IMG/VR virus record: IMGVR_UViG_3300042922_000817
Coordinates: 1 to 60,541 of that record
From: a virus
Taxonomy: Duplodnaviria > Caudoviricetes
Reading direction: 5' to 3' (one strand)
Length of the DNA: 60,541 nucleotides
The notes under the pieces were generated by a model. It did no database searches, was not told where the DNA came from, and worked only from the letters and a program-made list of their open reading frames with translations. Positions 17,846-27,721 of the stretch are shown here, piece after piece. How positions within the stretch are numbered: the stretch's first letter is position 1; every line of letters starts with the position of its first letter. Position numbers and translations under genes: made by a program.

Positions 17846-19462
17846 TTATGTATGTGGTTTATAGTTACTGACCCATTGAGAATAGGTTAGACTTACAGGT
17901 CCATCGTCCGTATAAAACGTATATTTATCACCAAGTTTACCAGCTAAATACTTTTCTCCAAGCGCATTATTTAAATGTTGTATAGCCGCATAATTTTCCG
18001 TATTGCTGATATCGGGATTATCCTGATAATCTTGATATGTTTTGTCAATGTCATCTCCAACTTCGGCTATTTTATTTTTTAAAAGCGCAGGATCATTTAT
18101 GCTAGAAAGAGATTGAATTTCATTGTATATCCGTCCGGTTGCTTCAGTATATTTAGCCTGGTCTTTAGTTACTTTTGTTCCATCAGCGTTAAATCCATAC
18201 GGCGCATTGCCTTTATTCCCCTTAAATCCACCTTCGTATAACGCAGCGTCATAATTAAGTTTTCTTCCAAGTCGATTATCTTGCCCAGTCTCTTTCATTG
18301 CAGTAATACGTTGACTGGTGGTATTATTGTTGTCATTGTTACGCATAGAAACCTTACCTGTATATTCCGTGTTTGGCGATAATGAATTTCGTACCGTAGC
18401 GAAAGAATCATTTCCCATACCATTAGCTGAAAATTTATTAAATACAGTTTCGCCACCAAGACTAGTTGTATCAAGTTTGTATTCCGGTTGGTTATTTTTA
18501 GCCCAAGTGTTAATATCACTAGCCTTAGCCCCTGTGAATTTAAGCAGGATAGGAAGAGCTGCCATAAGAGATTTTGTATCTCCAGTTTGAGCAAGCTTCA
18601 TAATGTTTGCATATGCTTGATTTGTAAGACTTTCTTTTTCAGCTGATTGCATTTGAGTTACTTCATTACTTGCACGTTTGAGTACATCGTTTATAATATT
18701 TCGATCATACCCTTTACTCATAAGAGTATCTTCTAACTTCTCTAAGTATTTCGGATCTTTCATTCGAGCCGATGCCAACTGCTCAGCATATGATTTAACG
18801 GTATCGTCAAGAGAATTTCCATTCTCCTTATAAATATCATTAAGTGTAATAATATTTCCACGATTATAATCTTTTTGCGCATCAGTAGCTGTTTTATCTA
18901 TGGTTGATTGAAAGAGGCCTTGTTGTGACTGCGGTTTTTCGGTTGCTGCATATTGAGGGGCAAAATCAAGGTTTCCAAGTAAACCTTTTTGTGGTTGTTC
19001 TTGCTGACTCTGCGGTACGGCATTTTGAATAACTCCTTGATCATTGTTAAGAGGATTATTTGAGCTATAGCCATCCATGTTAATCCCCTTTATTTGAGCT
19101 AATCGTCTTGCATAATCGGCATTTTTATGAGCAGTATCCATGGATTGAATCCACTGCTTTGTTTCAGGTGCATCACCGTATCCATTATTTTGCGCCCATG
19201 CAAGATTGTTTTGTGCTTTATCATATGCCGTTTTTTGCTGATTAACGATTTCTTGCGGAGTTAGACCAATAATACCAACGCCAGCGTCTTTGCTCTGATT
19301 GAATAAAGCATCACGCGCTTTGTTGATTTCTTCTGATGTAGGGCCATTGTAATTTTCGAGATCCTGACGAGCCTTTCTTAAATCGCTGTTTTGCATACGG
19401 TCAACAATTGAACCACCTAGATTCTTACCAAGTAAAAAACCTATATCGTCCCACGTTACCAT
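17846..19462 (-). CDS. Putative DNA-ejection (internal virion) protein
   Basis: Q/N/A-rich helical protein located between the pilot-like gene and the giant protein; assignment is positional. Confidence 0.55.
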   Translation of the reverse strand: MVTWDDIGFLLGKNLGGSIVDRMQNSDLRKARQDLENYNGPTSEEINKARDALFNQSKDAGVGIIGLTPQEIVNQQKTAYDKAQNNLAWAQNNGYGDAPETKQWIQSMDTAHKNADYARRLAQIKGINMDGYSSNNPLNNDQGVIQNAVPQSQQEQPQKGLLGNLDFAPQYAATEKPQSQQGLFQSTIDKTATDAQKDYNRGNIITLNDIYKENGNSLDDTVKSYAEQLASARMKDPKYLEKLEDTLMSKGYDRNIINDVLKRASNEVTQMQSAEKESLTNQAYANIMKLAQTGDTKSLMAALPILLKFTGAKASDINTWAKNNQPEYKLDTTSLGGETVFNKFSANGMGNDSFATVRNSLSPNTEYTGKVSMRNNDNNNTTSQRITAMKETGQDNRLGRKLNYDAALYEGGFKGNKGNAPYGFNADGTKVTKDQAKYTEATGRIYNEIQSLSSINDPALLKNKIAEVGDDIDKTYQDYQDNPDISNTENYAAIQHLNNALGEKYLAGKLGDKYTFYTDDGPVSLTYSQWVSNYKPHT

Positions 19463-20610
19463 GTGCCTTCACCACCTTTTGCCACAAAGCCATTAGCAAT
19501 ATAGTTATTCACGCCACTAATTTGGAGATCGTAAACCTTATATTCCCCGCGATAGCCAATGGATGCAACCTTGCCTACGTCATATAGAGACATACCCACT
19601 GTTAAGTCTTTGACAAGAATATACTCACCATCATCTTTTAGTAACGGCTGAGAATCCGTTGTCTCTACAACTTTTCCTATATCGGTAGCAACTTCATACA
19701 CATCGTTATAATGCGGTGGCATAAGAGCGATTACTGTTTCTTTTTCTGAGCCATGACTTGCTACTCCATCCCCAACTTGCATATCTTCAATATTTCGCGT
19801 AGTCCCGTCAGCGAGTGTTATTTTTGTTCCGGTTACAAAACAAAATAGACCTGAATTGCTGGCAAGACCACCTAATACGCTACCGAATAAACCACCTCCA
19901 CCCGATTGTGTAGATGTACTTGTGGTAGTCCCTTTTCCGGAAAGAGAGTTCAACGCTCCAAGAGTACCGCCTTGATTAATACCAAGTGACATATTCCATA
20001 ATTGCGATGGCGTTTCAAGTGATGCTTCCTGCCCGGCAAGTGCTGTTTGAATTGGTGCGTTTGCCAAAGATGATTGCTGTCCATACAATCCGTTGAGTGT
20101 AGACACATTGTTTAGATAATTTTGTGCCATAGTATCTGAAACATTTTTGCTAATATCATTTAATGCACCTGACGTTACGGAGCTATTCAACACACCAGAC
20201 TGAGCAAGATTATTCATTGTACTACCTACCGTTTTATCTACACCGGATTTAATTGAATCTGTCATATTTTGAGTATAGCTTGTCGGTAAAATGCCTTGAG
20301 TTAAATTACTTACACCTTGCTGTGCAGCAGTCTGCTGCTTCAATGCATCATTAGTTAAATTGCCATAGTTAACATTAACCGTACCATATGCATCCTTGAT
20401 TTGATTCGCTGCTAGGTTATTTAGGTTTAAAGCATTCGGTGCAACTGCCTTTGAATAATCCAATGCATTTTGTTGTAAGCCTACCTCTTGTGCCGTTGGC
20501 GTATACGACTGGACATTGGTTGTACTTGAACCTTTCTTAAACATTTGCAGATCAATTTTCATAAAAAAAATTACAGGTAATTCATACTCTGCAATTGATT
20601 CATAGTTCAT
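19456..20610 (-). CDS. Putative ejection/pilot protein with an N-terminal Prp-type motif and a C-terminal Hint domain
   Basis: IDLQMF|KKG at aa 19-27; S/T/Q/N-rich body; GGGGLFGSVLGGL segment; Hint begins CFVTGTKI at Cys257 and ends VYDL...NNYIANGFVAKG. Confidence 0.8.
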   Translation of the reverse strand: MNYESIAEYELPVIFFMKIDLQMFKKGSSTTNVQSYTPTAQEVGLQQNALDYSKAVAPNALNLNNLAANQIKDAYGTVNVNYGNLTNDALKQQTAAQQGVSNLTQGILPTSYTQNMTDSIKSGVDKTVGSTMNNLAQSGVLNSSVTSGALNDISKNVSDTMAQNYLNNVSTLNGLYGQQSSLANAPIQTALAGQEASLETPSQLWNMSLGINQGGTLGALNSLSGKGTTTSTSTQSGGGGLFGSVLGGLASNSGLFCFVTGTKITLADGTTRNIEDMQVGDGVASHGSEKETVIALMPPHYNDVYEVATDIGKVVETTDSQPLLKDDGEYILVKDLTVGMSLYDVGKVASIGYRGEYKVYDLQISGVNNYIANGFVAKGGEGTW

Positions 20611-20612
20611 AT

Positions 20613-21032
20613 TTAATTCACCTCACTTGTACAAAAATATGCGTATTCACCTGTTTTATTATCTAACCATGCAGTTGATATAGTTACCATTAGACCTTCT
20701 TTATTGTGGCCATTCCATCTAACAGCACCATTGTCTTCTTTGATTTCTTCTTCAATGACCCACCCCCAAAAACGAATATATGGTTTGATATGCCTCGTAC
20801 ATATCGTTGTAATATATCGCAATCTATTTTGCTTGCACATAATAATGCCAAGGTCAAACCAAAACTTAGCATCACCACAGAGTTCGTAAACATACAAGGC
20901 TTCTCTATCCGTATCCATTATGTATTGGCAATAACCGCGATCCGGTAAAAAATATTCAACATAACCTGTCGGAAGTTCATGTTTATCACCAGTTTTTTCT
21001 TCGTATTTTTTTATGTACTCATTAAGCGTCAT
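20613..21032 (-). CDS. Hypothetical virion-assembly protein (possible GNAT-like fold by position)
   Basis: Position before the ejection genes as in podoviruses; start at MTLNEY after GGCGGTG. Confidence 0.45.
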   Translation of the reverse strand: MTLNEYIKKYEEKTGDKHELPTGYVEYFLPDRGYCQYIMDTDREALYVYELCGDAKFWFDLGIIMCKQNRLRYITTICTRHIKPYIRFWGWVIEEEIKEDNGAVRWNGHNKEGLMVTISTAWLDNKTGEYAYFCTSEVN

Positions 21033-21052
21033 GATTAACACCGCCATTCGAA

Positions 21053-22171
21053 TTATAACGACTTTGCGAGACGGAAACCAATGCCTACGCTAGAGATCGA
21101 AGCTGCAGTGGCGTCGGCGTAGAACGTAAACAAGCCACCAAGGGTACCGAGGCCCCAACTGCCACTTCTAAGCAAGACCGTTGTTCCGCTATTAGCAAAC
21201 CAAAAGCCATTGCTACCCTTATAGGAAATTCCAGTACCAGACGCAGGAATACAATCTTTTGCAATGATAGTATCAGCACGTAATAGCAAGAACGTATTGC
21301 CACTCGTACCAAATGCAGGCGCTATCCCTGTGCTAACCAGCGCATTATTTGCATCGTAAATCCAAAGCGTTCCATTAACAAGTTGTATACCGTCGATCAT
21401 TTCCCACACGTTACCAACCATATCGGCAATACCGCTATCGCGCAGATTGTGATTCCACGTTACAGGCCCAGTGCCAGTGAGCGTTCTACCAGAACATGTT
21501 GCATCAGGAGTTCCAGCAATTCCTACACCATCTACACCACTTGTAATGTTGCCTTCTGGATAAAGATTCATTAATTTGCACCAAAGAGCTATATTACACC
21601 ATTCGCGATTGCGCACCATGTGAAATCCATTTCCTTTTGCTGTAGCCGCAGCAGATGCCGCTGTAAAAGTTAGATTACACCAAGGAATTATATTTTTCTT
21701 TGTAACAGGCGTTGTACCACTACCTTCACCTGTGTTCGTCGCAGTATTACGCGATGCTTGATATTTACCAATCCAGAATCCATCCCCACAGCCGTCGGCT
21801 TCAAGCCAGTTCGGGAATAAGAAATATTCTTCGCCGGAATACGTCGATTCGGCCATGCCTTTAGCAAATGTTAGGTCGGCGGTACGTGGCACGTAGGAAA
21901 CGAGGTAATCTTTGTAGTTCTCACTGACCGACGGTGCCGTCGCAAAGTTGAAGAATAGACCGTTGCTTTCTTCGGTGAAATCCGTTCCTGGTGCAAGGGA
22001 AACACCGTTTTTCCAGATCAGCAAGCTGCTGGCGGTGAACCGGCCAAGACCTTTCCATCCGATGCAGAACCGTTTCCGGCTGCCGTCCGGCGGTAGGAAT
22101 AGCGGTTCAAATACGGCGCCTTCCGCTATCGTATAGATTGGGAAGTTATTTGCTTGAATGACAATATCCAT
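21053..22171 (-). CDS. Receptor-binding protein with an FGE-sulfatase/C-type-lectin fold (Mtd-like, DGR-target type)
   Basis: GFWIGKYQAS, GIADMVGNVWEM and RSGSW...IGFR C-terminal motifs. Confidence 0.8.
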   Translation of the reverse strand: MDIVIQANNFPIYTIAEGAVFEPLFLPPDGSRKRFCIGWKGLGRFTASSLLIWKNGVSLAPGTDFTEESNGLFFNFATAPSVSENYKDYLVSYVPRTADLTFAKGMAESTYSGEEYFLFPNWLEADGCGDGFWIGKYQASRNTATNTGEGSGTTPVTKKNIIPWCNLTFTAASAAATAKGNGFHMVRNREWCNIALWCKLMNLYPEGNITSGVDGVGIAGTPDATCSGRTLTGTGPVTWNHNLRDSGIADMVGNVWEMIDGIQLVNGTLWIYDANNALVSTGIAPAFGTSGNTFLLLRADTIIAKDCIPASGTGISYKGSNGFWFANSGTTVLLRSGSWGLGTLGGLFTFYADATAASISSVGIGFRLAKSL

Positions 22172-22172
22172 A

Positions 22173-22478
22173 TTACCGTGCCTCCAATACGATTATTTTT
22201 TTACTGTCAATGCGACTGATCAGCCAGTAAGCTGCATTGTTTGGAAACAGGTCAGCAGCTCCTGGGTAAGAATCCTTCGCATATTTTTTTAAACCGTTCG
22301 GCGTGATATATACCGTATCGCCAGTATCCAATGTAAATGTGGTATCCGGCATGGAGTAATTCTTACCATTGAGAGCAAAGTCAAAAGCTTTTGCTGTCGT
22401 TGTACCGTCCGTGTTTTCTGTTATCTCCGCCGTAAATGTAATTCCTTTATCGGCAGGAAAATTTCTGTTATCAATCAT
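22173..22478 (-). CDS. Small tail-module protein
   Basis: Translationally coupled between fibre genes; function unknown. Confidence 0.6.
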   Translation of the reverse strand: MIDNRNFPADKGITFTAEITENTDGTTTAKAFDFALNGKNYSMPDTTFTLDTGDTVYITPNGLKKYAKDSYPGAADLFPNNAAYWLISRIDSKKIIVLEAR

Positions 22479-22481
22479 TCA

Positions 22482-23471
22482 TTATGCCCCCAAGCCTAAA
22501 TATTGACCGTACTTATTGTATTGGGCCGTTACGGTCGCCGTGCCATTCGAGATTGATTCTAACCTGCCCGAGTTGTCGTAGGTAATCGTATAGTTAACGG
22601 AGTTGATCGTTACCGTCGCTATTCTTCCGGTGTCGTCATAGGTTACACTATATGGCGTCAAGCTGCCCGTGATATTCGACTTTTGGGACAGAAGTTTTTC
22701 AATCTTTGTCGAGCTGTATGTCATGCCGGTCGAGGTCGTGTTGTCGTCGATTTCGGACGTGCCGGTAGTTCCGGTACCGCCTTTCGATTCAAACACAAAG
22801 CCGCCGGTCGTGTCCCTGTATACTAGCACCCGGCCGTCCGCAATATTCGTTGCATCGATTGCCTTATTGGCGATCTTTGCCGCATTCCCCGTGATACTGT
22901 ATTCCAATTCACCGCTGATATTAGCTACGGGGATTTTTCCGGCGGCGGCCACTGTGGCTGTCTGAGATAATGTGACTAAGGTTTCATAGCCGATAAGGTT
23001 CTGCACGTTCAGTGAGAGAATCAGTTCCCAATCGCTCGCCCCCATCAGATAGACTTTCTTCTGATCTAGGCCGATATACATGTCGCCTTGTGTGCTGCTG
23101 GTCGCCAGTGGCTTGTCCGCGTCGTTGCCTACAGCAATGCTTGTTATGCCGCCTTTGGTCGCTACTGCGCTGATCTGCGCTGGCGTAATACCAAAGTATT
23201 TGCTGACAGATCCAAGCATTATCCACGCCGAATTGTCGACGTTCCGGATCAAGATCTTATCCGTCAAGGTATCAATTTTGAATTGATACGGTACCGAATC
23301 ATCCAGAGCCGTGCCAGTGCCGGCGTCATGCTGCCGTAGTCTAGCCAGTAATGAATAAATCCTGTCCGTTTCGGCAATAACCTTTTGTGTTAAGGTCGCA
23401 ATGCTTTCGTCGGAAGATGCGCTGTAGACTATCTGGTGGCCTACTGGCCAATTTGCCCATTCATTTGCCAT
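22482..23471 (-). CDS. Tail fibre/adaptor protein
   Basis: Follows the nozzle gene; IDDNTTSTGMTYSSTKIE fibre motif and short YD-like repeats at the C-terminus. Confidence 0.65.
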   Translation of the reverse strand: MANEWANWPVGHQIVYSASSDESIATLTQKVIAETDRIYSLLARLRQHDAGTGTALDDSVPYQFKIDTLTDKILIRNVDNSAWIMLGSVSKYFGITPAQISAVATKGGITSIAVGNDADKPLATSSTQGDMYIGLDQKKVYLMGASDWELILSLNVQNLIGYETLVTLSQTATVAAAGKIPVANISGELEYSITGNAAKIANKAIDATNIADGRVLVYRDTTGGFVFESKGGTGTTGTSEIDDNTTSTGMTYSSTKIEKLLSQKSNITGSLTPYSVTYDDTGRIATVTINSVNYTITYDNSGRLESISNGTATVTAQYNKYGQYLGLGA

Positions 23472-23477
23472 TTTCTT

Positions 23478-25019
23478 TTATACCTCCACTACATCAAAAT
23501 TTATGGAATTCAAAATAAAGTTGCCACCGTTGCCGGAGGCTTGAATATCAATCGATTTATTGCGGTATACGCAGCGAATGTTCTTTGATAGATTCCCAAC
23601 CGCATAAGTCATGCGATCATTTTCGTATACCAGCTCATTGTTTTGATAAACCTTATCGCCCACCGCATACTTGATCACGTTCTCGTAGTTACCGAAAACC
23701 TTCGCGTCGTTGTTGTAGATGGTACTGAAATTGTTGTAAACCTGGTATACGGACCATGGCATTGGCAGCGTCATGGTGATGCCGCCGACGGTGAGCGTAT
23801 TATTTGAATAGCCATCAAAGTACGGTGTTATGTTCACCTGTACCCTTTTCAAAAGATATTCGTTTTGAGATACCAGTCTTTTTGCTCTAAATCTCCATTT
23901 TAGATTTAAGCCAGCGTCAATACATGATCGGCTTTTCAATCTAGTCAATTCATTTTTTTTCACAACAATAACGTTGTCACCTGCATGAAATACGTCAACA
24001 ACATCTGTATTAAACATTCGAATAAAAAAGCTTCCATAATTGCAATCATATACTAGAACTTTACCTTTATCGCCAACGATCCAAACTTGATTAATTGGTG
24101 GAAGATAAACCATAGGTGCATCATTCGGTAATTTTGCAAGTTCATTCGATATATTAGTCGCGATATTTGTAACCTTCATATCCCCGTAATCTTGCGTTGT
24201 ATCTATAAGTTGTATTTTGTTTTTACCAAAAATCATAACGTTATTTGCAAGTGAACATAAGCTCTTTCTTCCGTTGCAATCAACTTCATGACTAATTTCT
24301 TTCATTGCCCAATTTGGATAATTTCCAACAAGGCGATACACATATCCGTTGTCTTTAACGAAGATAATATCATCAGAAAGATTAGCCATTCCAATAAAAT
24401 TGCCACCATCTTTATATCCAGTTTCTAAAAATTTAGAGGAAGAATCATTATTATTATTTTCCGTCCAGTTGTTTTCGTCACCAAGGCCGGAATATTTAAG
24501 TTGATTATTTCCTCCCGTGCTTACAATTACACGTCCGTTACGAACATATACTCCGTCGCATGTATCTGGAGAAGCTTCTATCTTAACTAGTTCAGTTCCA
24601 TTCCAATATTGAAGTTTGCCACCAGATGCTAATAGAAGTCCATCTTCCCATAAAGCATATATAGGAAGAGCGTTACCACTTAGACTACCTTTTCTTGTAC
24701 AAGTTTCTAAATCGCTTACATATACATCATGAAATACACTTGATGCGTCATTGATTGCTTTTGTTTCCGTACTTACAACAACAAATTTTTTGTTAATTTT
24801 ATCCCACATTGCACTAAAAATATCAAAGTTGAACTTTTGTAATACTTCTGTACCGTCGACAGTTCTAAGTAGACCAGTGGTTGAATCTGGTTCCATGTTA
24901 ATTACTTCATATAACTGGTTGTCTGCAATCATTTCTTGAGCTGTTGTGCTATTAAGTCCACCTTGAAAATCATATTTTGTTATTGTTTGCTGATTTGCAT
25001 GTTTTGTAGATAATCTCAA
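23478..25019 (-). CDS. Tail nozzle/stabilisation protein (P22 gp10 or T7 gp12-like)
   Basis: N-terminal DFQGGLN, a YSGLGDENNW motif, beta-propeller-like composition and position. Confidence 0.7.
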   Translation of the reverse strand: MRLSTKHANQQTITKYDFQGGLNSTTAQEMIADNQLYEVINMEPDSTTGLLRTVDGTEVLQKFNFDIFSAMWDKINKKFVVVSTETKAINDASSVFHDVYVSDLETCTRKGSLSGNALPIYALWEDGLLLASGGKLQYWNGTELVKIEASPDTCDGVYVRNGRVIVSTGGNNQLKYSGLGDENNWTENNNNDSSSKFLETGYKDGGNFIGMANLSDDIIFVKDNGYVYRLVGNYPNWAMKEISHEVDCNGRKSLCSLANNVMIFGKNKIQLIDTTQDYGDMKVTNIATNISNELAKLPNDAPMVYLPPINQVWIVGDKGKVLVYDCNYGSFFIRMFNTDVVDVFHAGDNVIVVKKNELTRLKSRSCIDAGLNLKWRFRAKRLVSQNEYLLKRVQVNITPYFDGYSNNTLTVGGITMTLPMPWSVYQVYNNFSTIYNNDAKVFGNYENVIKYAVGDKVYQNNELVYENDRMTYAVGNLSKNIRCVYRNKSIDIQASGNGGNFILNSINFDVVEV

Positions 25020-25029
25020 AAAAATTCAC

Positions 25030-25521
25030 CTACCCATTTAGCATGGAAACAATAATAGAATTAAGTTGTTCTGTTAAGGCTTGATCTTGTGCTGTATCAA
25101 ATTCATGCTGATTAAGTGCGTAGATACACGCTAATTTAATAACAACAGTATCATATAAAGCATTAGCAAAAGGAAACTCGTCATCATATGTAACAGTATC
25201 AAATGTAGCAAAATATCGTATTCTAATTTGCTTACTTCCGTCCATAATTTCAAAAGTGTTTCCCGTTATTCTGATTGGATATTTGCCGGCGGTTTTAACA
25301 AAGTTTTTAGGAATCAATTTTGTTGTTGATTCTGCTGGAATTTCAGCTTCATTAATTACTATTTCTTTGATCATACTTGGATTTAAAATACTTACAAGTG
25401 CTGATCCTAAATAACTTAAAGCATCGTTAATATACCCAAGCAAAACATCATCGGAATAGCCTGATTCATATTCATCGTTTACACGTTTCCGGACCGTCTT
25501 TATTGCATCCGTAACTTTCAA
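25030..25521 (-). CDS. Head-tail adaptor (tail tubular A-like)
   Basis: VRKRVND...YSDDVLLGYINDA adaptor motif. Confidence 0.65.
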   Translation of the reverse strand: MKVTDAIKTVRKRVNDEYESGYSDDVLLGYINDALSYLGSALVSILNPSMIKEIVINEAEIPAESTTKLIPKNFVKTAGKYPIRITGNTFEIMDGSKQIRIRYFATFDTVTYDDEFPFANALYDTVVIKLACIYALNQHEFDTAQDQALTEQLNSIIVSMLNG

Positions 25522-25530
25522 TTAAATCAC

Positions 25531-26079
25531 CTACACTTTAAATGGCATAGATACTTTGACATTACTATATCTTCTATGCGGTATTAAACTTTGGGAACTG
25601 TCTTTTACATACTGCAGTAAAACATCGGTCTCTCCATTATTTAAAATCAAGCCAGTGATTTTGACAATGATATCAATAAACGTAATAGGAAAATCAATAT
25701 TATCGTCTATTGTAACTTCTGTTTTAAACCCTTTATACAACAGTCGAATCGATGTTTTAGCATAAAGCTTGTTATTTGTAATCATATACGTTGAACCATC
25801 AAGAACAGCCGTTGAAGGCGATAGTGGATATCCATCTTTCGTAATAACTTTTCGCAGCGTAATATAATCATCAGGAAGATCGACACCGTTTAAAACTTCA
25901 TCCGCTTCAAAGAATTTCTCTTTTTCAAAAAAATCACTATTCCTTAAAGAGAATTCATTCGCCATTACGCGCAGACACTCATTGACAGCATTTAAAATAT
26001 CCCAGTCACTGAATTTAGTCTCATCCGCATCCTTTTGCTTCGAACGAATAATCCAAACTAGCTTTTTTACAATTATCAC
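25531..26079 (-). CDS. Head-tail adaptor paralog
   Basis: IRSKQKD...FSDWDILNAVNEC...LPDDY; resembles the neighbouring gene. Confidence 0.6.
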   Translation of the reverse strand: MIIVKKLVWIIRSKQKDADETKFSDWDILNAVNECLRVMANEFSLRNSDFFEKEKFFEADEVLNGVDLPDDYITLRKVITKDGYPLSPSTAVLDGSTYMITNNKLYAKTSIRLLYKGFKTEVTIDDNIDFPITFIDIIVKITGLILNNGETDVLLQYVKDSSQSLIPHRRYSNVKVSMPFKV

Positions 26080-26387
26080 GATGTCACACCACCTTGATAG
26101 TATTTGCTCTGAGTATGAACAGCAAAGGCAGGATGAATCTCAAAGAACTTTTTGAGCATCTTTGAATATTCATGCTTGTTACCAGCAAACTGCGCTTTCC
26201 TTGCTTCAATAAGCCACGGGTCGAACATCCAATACTCCGGTGGAATATATCCCATACAGACAATGTTTTTGCCTCGGGCACTGCTCTGATTCGCATCATG
26301 TGCCAAATCAATTGCATCCTGGCAATCAATTGTATTGCTAAGAATCAGCTTGTCGTCTTCTTGGCTAAATTTCTGTTTTAGAATCAT
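26076..26387 (-). CDS. Conserved hypothetical head-associated protein
   Basis: Directly downstream of the capsid gene, has an RBS and overlaps the adaptor start. Confidence 0.55.
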   Translation of the reverse strand: MILKQKFSQEDDKLILSNTIDCQDAIDLAHDANQSSARGKNIVCMGYIPPEYWMFDPWLIEARKAQFAGNKHEYSKMLKKFFEIHPAFAVHTQSKYYQGGVTS

Positions 26388-26468
26388 ACATTCACCTACT
26401 TTTCTTATAAAGATAAAGGCATAAGAAAAAGCCCACCTAAAAAGATGAGCTTCCCTCTGAATAATAAA

Positions 26469-27650
26469 TTATGCCCGTCTGATATTGGTAATAGATCCTG
26501 AAGCTTTCGGCTGCGTGCCTTGTAAACCAAACCAACCTTCAAGTACAAACTCGCTATAGGAACCTTTCTTTGCAAGACCCTGTACTTCATGTGGGCGTTT
26601 GAACCATTTTAAATCCCAATATGCCATATCCATGATATCGATACGTTTATCACCATACATACGGTGAGCTTTGGCTGTTACTTCACCAAAGTCAGATACA
26701 TAAACATCGGTAACATTCTGAACTTTCTTGTCTTTAGCACTGCTTTGTTTAGTAGCACCGCCAGTGATAATTTGGCTAAATCTACGTTTATTCCGCCCAC
26801 TCATAAGAGCAATTGTAGGATTGCCACCACGATCAAAACACATCTGCATTGCATCATTGATATGATCTTCTGTATAAAGCGAGCTGCCAGCATCGACAAT
26901 ATTATTTTTAACTGCAATCAATGAACCTGTTCCATTATCTTTAAGGGTAATTGAATCTTTCCCTTCAACGGCACTTTCAAGATCATCAAAAAGCGTAAAT
27001 GTTTTTTCTGAAACTTTTTGAATCCAATAAGGGATACTTGAGGAAAGATCCGCCGGTAATGCATCACCTTTGGTACCGGACGTTTTAAAGTAAATAAAAT
27101 CGCCAGTATCTAATTTGTGTGGATCAGTTGTCGTTACAATGCCAGTTGTAGAATCAAAGGCAACTGCGAACTTTTCTTCTTGCATAAAATAAGGAATGCC
27201 ACCAGTCAATGCCGGATTAGCTCCACTTTCAAGTCTTGCTTCTGTATTCGCTACAATTGCATACTCCATATCCCTAGCCTGTTGTTTAAATGCAATCTCT
27301 TTTTGACGCAAGAATTCATCTGTTTCCGTATACACTTTCTTTACATCACGTTGGGCATCGGAAACTTTACCAGTATTCACAAAGAACTGGCAGTTGTTAT
27401 CTCTGCGTTCAATGCTGCCGACTTTTTCCGTTTTATAATCTGTCATTTCAAGATTCGCATTTTTGCGTGGTGGTTTTAATCCTTCTGTAAGCCAGTTAAA
27501 CTGCAAGTTATCAGCATCTTTTGCGGTACCGAGATTCGAAAGTAAATAAGTCAAGTCTGGATCAATGTTTGTGATAATGTTACTGTAGTCATCTTTCAAT
27601 CCAATCGCCTCATAAGTTGTGGATTGAGAACTAGATTTTTGAATTGCCAT
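26469..27650 (-). CDS. Major capsid protein (DUF5309/SU10-like) with an internal insertion domain
   Basis: IITNIDPDLT, FNWLTE, NNCQFF, RDMEYAI and VYVSDFG motifs; follows the scaffold gene. Confidence 0.85.
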   Translation of the reverse strand: MAIQKSSSQSTTYEAIGLKDDYSNIITNIDPDLTYLLSNLGTAKDADNLQFNWLTEGLKPPRKNANLEMTDYKTEKVGSIERRDNNCQFFVNTGKVSDAQRDVKKVYTETDEFLRQKEIAFKQQARDMEYAIVANTEARLESGANPALTGGIPYFMQEEKFAVAFDSTTGIVTTTDPHKLDTGDFIYFKTSGTKGDALPADLSSSIPYWIQKVSEKTFTLFDDLESAVEGKDSITLKDNGTGSLIAVKNNIVDAGSSLYTEDHINDAMQMCFDRGGNPTIALMSGRNKRRFSQIITGGATKQSSAKDKKVQNVTDVYVSDFGEVTAKAHRMYGDKRIDIMDMAYWDLKWFKRPHEVQGLAKKGSYSEFVLEGWFGLQGTQPKASGSITNIRRA

Positions 27651-27721
27651 ATAAAGTCACCTCTACTAATTTATTTTATATATAAAAATAGACACGCATT
27701 TAGCGTATCTAGGATTATTGC

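Noticed and set aside
19456-19842. Canonical splicing intein
   Set aside because: There is no terminal His-Asn, no C-extein nucleophile and no homing endonuclease; it is treated as a non-splicing Hint domain.
21053-22171. Complete diversity-generating retroelement
   Set aside because: No reverse transcriptase or Avd ORF and no template repeat found in the window; reported only as an orphan target.
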